From Dimorphilus gyrociliatus (lineage: Eukaryota; Animalia; Annelida): DNA of 64,000 bases. Below are positions 1-10,554 of the stretch, piece after piece (position 1 is the first letter of the stretch; every line of letters begins with the position of its first letter). The stretch is taken from positions 372,001 through 436,000 of the forward strand of contig CAJFCJ010000025.1 in the NCBI GenBank assembly GCA_904063045.1. The letters run 5' to 3'. The position numbers and the translations under genes were made by a program. The notes under the pieces were generated by a model that worked only from the letters and a program-made list of their open reading frames with translations, ran no database searches and was not told the origin of the DNA.

Positions 1-228
1 TATGAATATTAGATAAAAAATATGAAAGGGATTGAAATTAAATAGTTTTCTTTAATTGTTATCTGAAACGTGATATTGTATAAAACCTATTATAAAATAT
101 TCCTTTTAAGATATTGATATATATATATATATATAGATTTATATATACGTTTACGTGTAAATCTAAATTTTTCTCTTATCCTTCTAATAAAACTGGCGTA
201 AAGATAATTAATCGCATTACCGAGAATT

Positions 229-1854
229 TTAGAGAATAGTTATAAGTTTATATAAAAATAGATATAAGGCAAGGTTTATATATGCAGTATACATAAATTT
301 ATATAGATAAAAAAAAGAATACGAAATTCCTGAACTATTAATAGAAACTGCAGTTTTGTTGGGTTTTACTTTCTTAAGTAGATTTTTATATGGTCGTCCA
401 TATAGTCCTACTGTTTTATAAAGATTATACTCAAAAGTATAAAATTGATACGGATATATACCATTCATTCTATACAATTGTTTCTTATAATTTGGTTCTG
501 CATCTTGGAAAGCTTTCTCTTCTAACTGATATATAGGGAATACATATTTAGTTGTAAAATTAGCCATAATTACTATTTGCGTCCTAATATTATGCGAAAT
601 GTCATTATTTCTCCACCTAATTACCAGACACGATTCAACAATGTTTTCACTTCCTTTAGAATTTCCCCTATAAATACCGACAGCAAAATTTGTAACATTA
701 ACAGCTTTGTTTTTGATTATTACAAAGCAACAAAAGTTTTTAAGGCATATCTTTGTTTTAGCTTCGTTATCTCTTCCGTTTAACAACGACATTGTATAAT
801 TCACTCCGTCTATATATGCTTTAAATTTCTCTTTCGCCTCTCTTATAAATAATCTAGAAAGTTTTACATCTGGAAAGTAAGTAATATCCCTTCTGGTTGA
901 TAGAATATCAAGACTGGCCATTAAAAGCTCGTCCTCGTAAGATTTCGAGCTATGTTTCAATACATTGTAAGGTGTATAAATACCACTTCCGAACATCATA
1001 TCGTCTTTATTCTTCAGATTACTTACAAATAATGTTATTCCCATAATTGACGCCCAAGAAGCATGAAAAGGAATAGCATGAAAAGGAACTGTGTTTATCC
1101 AAACGGATGACAATGCAATAATGTCAATTTTACGATTCTCTATAAGATCAATAGCTACTTCGCTGTTAAATATATCGTAAGAGATAAGCATTCCAATGGT
1201 CCCGTAAGGAGTTTTAAAACAAGATGGTACTGTAGATGTTGGAACATCGTACCACTTTTCAAAGTCTCTTAGATTCTTCTTAAAATATCTTCCTAAATGA
1301 ACTCCACTTGGCGAATATGCAACATTTGCATTAAAGTGATAGACGCCGTTCTGGGTGCACTGTTTATTATTTTGAGGGCAATTTTCTTTCGCGCCAATGT
1401 TAGCTATTAAATATAGTGAATAATTTTTAGCTATACAAGATAGCGTATGTTGAATTAGAAAATCTTCTTTGCCTCCCAATTCTCTACAAGGATTAACTCT
1501 ACGAATTGGATCCGGTATTTCTTCCAATAATTTATAGATATCCTCTCTGGAAGTCAAATAGTGAGGAAAGAAGAGACCATACTCCGGAAAGACGATTATC
1601 TTTGCTCCCTAAAATCATAAAATCTTTATTCATATTTATGTTGACTAAAAAGCATATGATCTTTCCTTTTTGTAACTCTCAATGGCCATTGTCATATAAA
1701 TATTCAAAGATGATTTCAATATTTCAGTCTTATTTTTCACTTTAAAATACTCTCTAAAAGCTACCGTAGCTTTTCTATCAAACACAGAAACTTTAAATGT
1801 TTTGCTTCTATAATTTCTTACTAAGATCGCCAATAGAAAAAGCATTTTGAACAT
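229..1854 (-). CDS. Vanin/pantetheinase/biotinidase-family carbon-nitrogen hydrolase-like protein, 2 exons (1854-1666, 1608-229), predicted secreted and GPI-anchored
   Basis: N-terminal hydrophobic signal (MFKMLFLLAILV). Spliced GAKIIVFPEYGL carries the catalytic Glu and GRYFKKNL the catalytic Lys. GMLISYDIF sits at the Cys-nucleophile position but has Ser. The C-terminal tail is hydrophobic. The model needs a 57-nt GA-AG intron (1665-1609). Confidence 0.85.
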
Positions 1855-2614
1855 TGTTCATAAGTCTTATTTTGGATTTATATAACTTTAACTAGAATTT
1901 ATCTTTGGCTAATTAAAATATTTAAATATTAAATATGAATAATTAATTCAAATGTTATCATTTGAATACTTTTACAACCAAATGCCGTATATAGAGTAGA
2001 TATACAGCGTTAGAGAAAGAAGAAATACTTTCCGTCCTTATTTTCATAGCTGATACATTATTATAGAATCTTATAGTCTAGTTAAAAATTTCGCTAATTC
2101 AGTAGAATATTTATGCTGATATTGATGTAATTGAACTTTAATTCAAGTGTTCCAAAAGGAAAAAATCTATCGTTCATCAATAAAAATGATTATCAAGTTT
2201 TATATTTTAAAAGAATATAACTATTGACAGCCTTTTGTTTTTTCTTCTCTTTTAAAATTAACTTAATTATATATTCTTTTCACTTGTTTTAAATATAAAT
2301 AATAACGAAGAGTGTATTATCGTAGGTCATTGTAATTATTACACTTAAAATTTACGGTTAAAGAAAACAAGCTGTATTAAAAACTTGAAATTGTATAAAT
2401 TTATAGAATCATTTATTAATAATATATTCACTGTCTAAAAAAACCACACAATAATTTTGAAATAACCGTAGATTTCGCATTTTATTGATAAAGATTTTCG
2501 TACTTAGAACACATTTTATCACGTGATCCACCTACTTCCGCTCTTGGTTAAGCCTCGTTTTCATCAAAACCGTCGTCCATCTTGTCAAGAAAAGCGGCCT
2601 GAGAACTTGTCAAC

Positions 2615-5600
2615 ATGAAAATGGGCTGGCAACCTGAAGAAAACGGCCTGCAGCAAATTTTACAGTTGTTAAGAGAATCCCACCATCCAGACACATCTAT
2701 TCAACGTGGTATTCAACAGGTAAGTTTATTCGACTTATGTGGAAAAATACATTTTTAAATTATAGTCATCCGGCACGTGGTAAAAAAATGTAAAAGTCTT
2801 CATTCTAACAGAAATTGGAAGAGTTGAGCCAATATCCAGACTTTAACAATTATCTAGTATTCGTTCTCACAAAATTAAGAAATGAAGACGAATCAACAAG
2901 GTCATTATCTGGTCTAATATTGAAGAACACTGTCAGAGTCAACTATGAGTCTTTACCTCCTCAAGTCATAAACTTCATTAAGACAGAGAGTCTTAACAGT
3001 ATTGGAGATCCTTCACCTCTTATTAGAGCAACCATAGGTATCCTTGTTACGACTATGGCTACTAAAGGTGGCATAGACAATTGGCCGGAAGTATTACCTA
3101 CATTGGCTAATGCTTTGGACTCTGAAGACTACAATGTTTGTGAAGGATCTTTTGGAGCTTTACAAAAAATCTGTGAGGATTGTGGCGAATCATTGGACAC
3201 AGGTAAATCCCTAATAGTTTTCAGTTTGTTGCGGAAAAAATCCGAAATCGATTTGTTATTTTAGTTATATGAAATATATTAGTATATTTTACGGATTGTT
3301 GGTCGCCATTTAGATCATTTTATTGTTCCTATTTGCAGAACAATTAAAATTATAATGACTCGCTGATAATAGTGACAATTTTTATTCAAAAAAAATAATG
3401 GCCGACTTCGATCAAACCTTATAAATGACTATAAGATATTTTGTCTATATATATATATATAATCTTGATAGATATTTCGATTAAACATAAAGCTGCTTTT
3501 CTAGACGATAGAGAGTGAATTATTTTCAATAGACGTTTTTTTAGTCTCATTTATGTAGTGCTGGAGGCAAAAATTCAATATTCTTATTTTTTGAGTGGAA
3601 TGTTGCATTTGCTTGTTTTTAGTTTCCTATACATTGTTTACTTTAATCATTAAATTCTTTATCTATAGGTCCACAAGGTCCATTGGATGTTCTTATACCT
3701 AAATTCCTGCAATTTTTCAAGCATCAATCGCCTACAATCAGATCACATGCAATTTCATGTGTCAATCAATTTATTGTATGTAGAACCCAAGCTCTCATGA
3801 CTCACATCGACTCTTTTATTGAAAATCTCTTCTTTTTGGCTTCGGACGAGGATGCAGACGTTCGAAAGAATGTGTGTCGCGCACTTGTAATGTTAGTTGA
3901 GGTACGAATGGACAGATTGATCCCTCACATATCATCTATTGTCGAATATATGCTTCTGAGAACTCAAGATAGAGATGATGGTGTTGCCCTAGAAGCTTGT
4001 GAATTTTGGCTATCCTTGGCAGAACAAGCTCCAGTATGCCGAGAATTACTTGCTCCATATATGGAAAAGCTTGTCCCTGTACTTATAAGAGGTTAGTATC
4101 CCTAGTCAATTATGCATCAAATAACTCAATTGATTTGCAATGACGTGGTCTCACATACAAGTTTTTTTTAACATTAACCTCAAGTTGACAATCATAGAAA
4201 GAATATTTATTTTAATTGATTTTCCTTTAAAATATGTCTTTCAACAGCAATAAATCTGATTTTATAACACAGAAATTTACACGCCAAATCTTATAAATGC
4301 TAAAATGTTCTATGCTTCTTTTCTCTATTATGTATACGATGCAAGAAGTTTTCCGCATTGTATCCATAGAAACATTTGTATTTTTTATTATCTTTTTCAT
4401 CAAACTTCCGTATGAACTTTTCAGGTATGAAGTATTCTGAATTTGATATTGCTCTTTTAAAGGGTGATGTTGATGATGATGCTTCTATTCCTGACCGAGA
4501 AGAGGATATTCGACCCAGATTTCATAGGTCGAAGACTCATAAGGCACAAGATGACGATGATGATGAAGAAGGGGATGATGAAGACGACGATGATACGATG
4601 AGCGACTGGAATTTAAGAAAATGTTCCGCTGCTGGGTTGGATGTGTTAGCAAATGTTTTCGGAGACTCAATTTTGGCAATACTGTTACCTATTCTAAATG
4701 AAACATTATTTCATTCAGATTGGGTTGTAAAAGAATCTGGAATTTTAGTTCTTGGAGCAGTTGCCGAAGGATGTCATGCTGGAATGACTCAACACTTACC
4801 ACAACTAGTCCCCTATTTGATTGAAAGATTACAAGACTCAAAACCTCTGGTTCGATCTATAACCTGTTGGACTCTATCTAGATATGCTCATTGGGTTGTT
4901 CAACAACCCCAACATGTTTACCTTAAACCATTAATGGAAGAACTACTTAAAAGAATACTGGACTCGAACAAAAAAGTTCAAGAAGCAGCATGCAGGTAAG
5001 CGAGCACAAAAAATTCCGTCAATGAATTACAAATATGCATTTTACGTAAATCAGCGCTTTTGCAACCCTTGAGGAAGAGGCTTGCACCGAACTCGTTCCC
5101 TATCTAGGTTTCATTCTGGAAACCCTAGTAAGAGCATTTGGAAAATATCAGGTTTTTACATAAATCAATATTACAATATATTAATTTCTTTTCATATATT
5201 ATACAGCATAAGAATTTATTAATTCTATACGATGCAATTGGTACGTTGGCTGACTCTGTAGGTGGTCACCTAAACAAAGAAGAATATATAAACTTGTTAA
5301 TGCCACCACTGATCGAAAAATGGAATGTTTTGAAGGACGAGGACAAGGATCTTTTCCCCTTGTTAGAGGTTTGTAATAGATAATTGAGTTAAAGTAGTGA
5401 TTAATCTTGTTATCATGTAATAACAGTGTTTGTCGAGTGTTGCCACCGCACTTCAAAATGGCTTCTTACCTTACTGTGAACCAGTATATGGCAGATGCAT
5501 AAATCTAGTTGAAAAAACCCTTCAACAATGTATAGCAAACCAGCATGATCCTCAGAACTATGATGTAAGTCGGCATAACACAGTTATAATTAAATTTTAT

Positions 5601-6791
5601 AATTTGCGTGTTATTCTTAATTGAAATAGCTACCAGATAAAGATTTTATGATAGTTGCTTTGGATCTCCTCTCTGGTTTAGCTGAAGGATTACACATACA
5701 TATTGAGAAATTAGTCGCTAATTCTCATATTCTTAAACTTCTATTTCAATGCATGCAAGATCCAATGCCTGAAGTTAGACAGAGCTCATTCGCTCTACTG
5801 GGTGACCTGACTAAAGCGTGCTTTCAGCACGTGAAACCTTTTATTGGTAAGTTGAAAATTTATTATTCTATTCTAACAAAAGAAAGGTATCTGTCATTAT
5901 ATCTTGTGTGATGAAATTGGAACTCTCTCTTGCTGAATCCTTTAAGGAAGACGTTTATTCCACTGATCAAAAGAATTTAATTTGTCTATTTTATTTGTAA
6001 TCGTAAATAGCATTTTATCTTCAGTTGTTTTCTTTCAGGGAATTTTATGCCAATTCTTGGAAGTAACTTAAATCCGGAATATATTTCGGTCTGCAACAAT
6101 GCAACTTGGGCAATAGGAGAGATTTCTATTAAAATGGAAAATGATATTCAACCTTTTGTACCCATTGTTCTCCCTCATCTTGTCCAAATTATTAACAGAC
6201 CGAACACTCCAAAAACACTTTTAGAAAATACAGGTAATATTTAATGCCTACAAGAGTTTAATTGCTAAATGCGCAATATTCTTATAGCAATTACAATTGG
6301 TCGTTTGGGTCTTGTTTGTCCGGAAGAAGTAGCACCATCCTTACAACATTTTATAAGACAATGGTAAATAAAATGCATTGAGAATAAAAAACATTATTAC
6401 TTTTAATTATACGTTAAAGGCAATAATGTTTTTAAAAAATTTACTATTTAATCATTATATATATTTGTATGCTATAAATTAAGAATGTAAACATGTACTT
6501 AATTTCAGGTGCACTTCTCTCCGTAATATTCGAGATAATGACGAGAAAGACTCAGCTTTCCGTGGAATGTGCAACATGATTAATGTCAACGCAGCCGGAA
6601 TTGTTCACGATTTTATCTTCTTTTGCGATGCTGTTGCCAGTTGGACCCATCCCAAGGACGATTTGAAGGAAATGTTTCATAAAATTTTACACGGCTTCAA
6701 AAATCAAGTGGGTGAGGATAATTGGAAAAAGTTTAGCGAACAATTTCCAGCTCCTCTAAGAGAAAGATTGAGTGTAAGTTATAATGTCTGA
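2615..6791 (+). CDS. TNPO1: Transportin-1 (karyopherin-beta2), multi-exon
   Basis: Starts [22 protein letters not shown], continues [15 protein letters not shown]. Acidic H8 loop [31 protein letters not shown], ends [15 protein letters not shown]. All introns traced are GT-AG and keep frame. Confidence 0.97.
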
Positions 6792-8400
6792 ATTAGTGAA
6801 AAATATTTGTCTATTTTTCTACGTATTCTATAGCTTTGATTGTTTGCATATTTGTTCACAATATTGTATTCCGCGTGTAGGCTTCTCGTAAAGAGTAAAT
6901 TCCAGTAAGTCAGATTAAGAGACGATTAAGATAACGAAAACGAGATTCGGGGTTGGTTAATAACAAAGGGGAACGTCCGTTTTCGTTTAGGAAAGTAGGA
7001 ATTTAAGAGATTAAATTGTTATTAAATTTTTTTTGTTAAACTGTTAACTGCACAAAAAACGTAGGTTTAAACTAAACTTAAGTAGTGAGATTAAATTTTC
7101 TAGGTATTTTTATACAATTGAAACTGACGAGAATAATCATTATGATGCAAGGTCATTTTCTTTTCCTTTTAAAACAAAGTAAAACTTCTAGTTATAAAAT
7201 TCGATTTGGAATTTATACTAACGTCAACTGATACTTTCAAGGAAAAAGCTAAATCATCTTTTAATTAAATACACAAGATTTTTAAACAAAATTAAAATCT
7301 TAAATTTTTTCACAAGAATTCTAAAAAGTAGCTCAACAGACGTACTGAAAACAAAAAAAATTCGATTCATGAAAATTGATTTGAGGCATGTTAAATTATG
7401 AAGAACTAACTGCCATGATGATTACTTCGCCGTCAGTTCAAAGTTCTTAACTAAATCTGAAAACTTTTAGGAGTAGGGAAGATTATATAATTTAAGCAAG
7501 ATAATTCTTAGGCGGGGATTAACACTGTGTTATCTATATGTTATGTGGGAAACTGGCCTGCTGTTAGCTTGCTTACGGGCTTTTAATTTTCGTGTGTTAT
7601 CTCATTGTTCTTCCTGTCTCTGACCGGTGTGTAACTTCGTGCCGCGTTAATCGTTAAATTTTTAGTGCGCCAATGACTTAAAATGGAAGTCTCGTTCTAA
7701 AATAAGTGACTTCTGACGATTATTTGGGCAGTGTCAATATGTATGTTCAAATAAAACGATGTATAAGTAGGTAACAACCTGCTTAACAGAGAATTCCATA
7801 GTCATTATCTATAGCGCTTTGTGATGTTTTTTATTAAATATTTTTTGTGGTGCTACATATAGGAGTAATTAAGCCAGTGATTCTTTTATCGTGACGATGT
7901 AAAAATTTGTCAACGAGGTGTAAGCAATACGACTTGTCAAATGTGTTTTTGTACGTATGCAGGACATAACGTGCGTCTTCTTGTCTTAAAATTTATATCT
8001 GTTTCAAAATGAAAGTATGTACAACGGGATATAGTATGTGTTCCATGCTAATCTATAAATGTTATTAAATCGTAACATACCATGTCATACAAGTATATCA
8101 TGTAATTCTTATGTTGATTCTCAGATATTAAGGTGTACTCTGACATTTAACCTTAATATCAGCAACGTTGAGCACATGTATTCTGTATTAAAAACTATGC
8201 ATTCGTTCGTCTTCTGCATGTTAGGTAAATTTATTTGTGATAAAATTGTGCTTGTTTTTCTTTCATACTTGTGGTGTTCGTTACGGCATTTTCCAGTCTT
8301 GTAAAACAAAAAAGTGTACTTGAACTATAAAGTTGCGTTTTTTCAGCGGGTTTATCTTTGTCATGCAGGTCTTTAACGTGGGTGGGTAGCGTGCTCAAGA

Positions 8401-8425
8401 GGGTTGGGAAAAGGGTCGGGTAGGG
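8401..8425 (+). other. Canonical G-quadruplex-forming motif (five GGG tracts) in the probable TNPO1 3' UTR
   Basis: GGGTTGGGAAAAGGGTCGGGTAGGG, followed by AATAAA at 8428-8433. Confidence 0.6.
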
Positions 8426-9051
8426 ATAATAAAGCCATTAATTAAATTACGAATTATAAGTACAGTATGTGTAGGTATTTCTCATTTTTTGCTACTTTTC
8501 TGCATGTTGATCCACGTTGTAGGAAGATTAATTCTTCTTGTTACGTTCTTGTGATAACACGTGACTACTTTGCAGTGTTGTGTAATGCTTAAGATATTCG
8601 TTTGGTGAAAAATAAACTGTCATCTTTTCCGATGTACCTTTTTGGCTTGTCTATATGCACGTATATATGTTATACTGTATATATACAGTATATATACTTA
8701 TAATATATATTATACCTATATATACTAATAAGCATGTTCAGTAAGATTACTTAAGAGAACTGTTAGTTCAATGCAAAACAAATAGATGGTATTCGGTATT
8801 GTTCTGATAATACATATTGTTATAAAATTAAATATACTACTTGGAGTTATGAGTTTAAATCATTAGATGACTTTCTTTTTTGTTTTTAAAAAAAAAAACA
8901 AATCTATTCATTATAACACAGGAAGCGTTACAAATATCTGATACAATATTACATTCATTACATGAACAAACATGTAGTTTGTGTAATTTAAATATTTCGT
9001 TATGCAGTAAATTCCAGTATGAATATTTCAAGTTAATAATAAATTCAATTA

Positions 9052-9622
9052 TCATGGTTTAAGACTTTTAGCAATTTCTGCTACAGCCTTTTTTGAATAT
9101 TCAGTTGTCTTTGCGGTGACAACTTCTGGAGCGTTAGCTACAACACGAAAACCAGATTCAACATTAGAGTTCCAATAGCCTTTTAACTTTTCACTTGTTT
9201 CGTTAGGCGACGGCATCTAAAAAAGTATGAGATATTGCGTTATCAAGGGCGAGTATTACATTGTAAAAAACTTACTGTTCTTATATAAGCTTTAGTATCT
9301 TCTAAAACAGCGTTTTGTACCTCATCTATAAGTTTACTGGCATCTGTGTTTGTACTCCAAACTCCTTTGTCTAATGTATAGTATAAAGCTCCTCCTCCTA
9401 TTGCCAATTTTGCGCCTACTCTATTTACGAAGTAAAAGAACTTGTTAAATAAAATACAATACCATTGAAATTCGCTGTAAAATTCAAGTAATTAACTATA
9501 TTTAACAAGAATCAAGTTTATAATTATTTATATTCTTCGATTCTTAAAATTGATTTAGAACTTGAATAATATAACCCTGGTTTTTAAAACATAATTATTA
9601 ACCTTGCAATCGTTAAAGCCAT
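9052..9622 (-). CDS. MICOS13: MICOS complex subunit MIC13/QIL1, 3 exons (9622-9603, 9420-9276, 9216-9052); absent from the ORF track
   Basis: Spliced product MALTIARVGAKLAIGGGALYYTLDKGVWSTNTDASKLIDEVQNAVLEDTKAYIRTMPSPNETSEKLKGYWNSNVESGFRVVANAPEVVTAKTTEYSKKAVAEIAKSLKP. GGALY TM motif and WN motif resemble QIL1. Introns are GT-AG. Confidence 0.85.
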
Positions 9623-10102
9623 GTTATGAGGTTCCTTGATCCTTATAGACTGGTTCAAGTCGAATTCTTAACCTAATAGTAAAAAGTTCTAAACATAAAA
9701 TAAACATCAATAACATATTCGAAAAGGAAATTATAAGATTTTTTAATAAGTATACAATTTTGAACAAGATAGTATGAGAGTTTTGTAAGAGTTTCACTGT
9801 CTCTTTGGAAGACGGTTGGTTACATAATTGTAATATAATCATATCATTTATCTATAAACCATTTATTTTTGATTGTATATTAATTCTGTTTTTATGATCT
9901 ACATAAGTCGTTGTAAATTACCTTTATTTCGAAAAATTTATGTGTTGAAAAACTTTCGAAACTTGTATAATGGCGCTCAACGCCAAGTAGCATGGTTCCA
10001 TGGTATTTCCGGTTATTTAATTTCTAGAGATCATTCTCTTCCATTGATCAGACGTTCTCATTGGCTTTGACTATGTCAGCTGATGCTCGTCATGTGATCA
10101 GG

Positions 10103-10129
10103 TGACCTTAATTGACCCCCATCAGGTCA
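10103..10129. promoter_or_regulatory. Nuclear-receptor DR4 element plus a third half-site at the ELOVL promoter
   Basis: TGACCT-taat-TGACCC (minus strand GGGTCA-N4-AGGTCA), then AGGTCA at 10124-10129, just 5' of or within the non-coding first exon whose donor is GTAAGT near 10187. Confidence 0.55.
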
Positions 10130-10554
10130 TCCTCCTGTGAGCATTTAGTTAGTACTCGTTTGTTCATTCACTGTACATTAAATTTGGTAAGTAAAATATG
10201 CACATTTTAAACATTTTGCTTGTTATGTTTTAGAAATATATAATAAATTATACGATTTAAATGCAAAATCTCGTGTTCGGCTTTTTATGCAGCACGTGTT
10301 ACTTTAGACCTAATTTATCGCTCATTTTTATTGATCGTTTTTAACCGGCTTGTTAACGTAAAAGATGAATATACTATCGTATGTTACATAATCAAAGATA
10401 ATCTTAGACCAACGATTTCAAAAATCAAAGTTCACATTTTAAACGGATATCTCAACCTTTATCAAGATAGTCGTCCCATGTAGATAAGTGAACTTTGAGA
10501 CATAATACTTTTATATTAAGTTCTTTCTTTTTCTAACAGGCATTAATATCTAAA

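Noticed and set aside
7415-7460. C/D snoRNA-like pair ATGATGA...CTGA
   Set aside because: Only 46 nt, no terminal stem and no recognisable guide.
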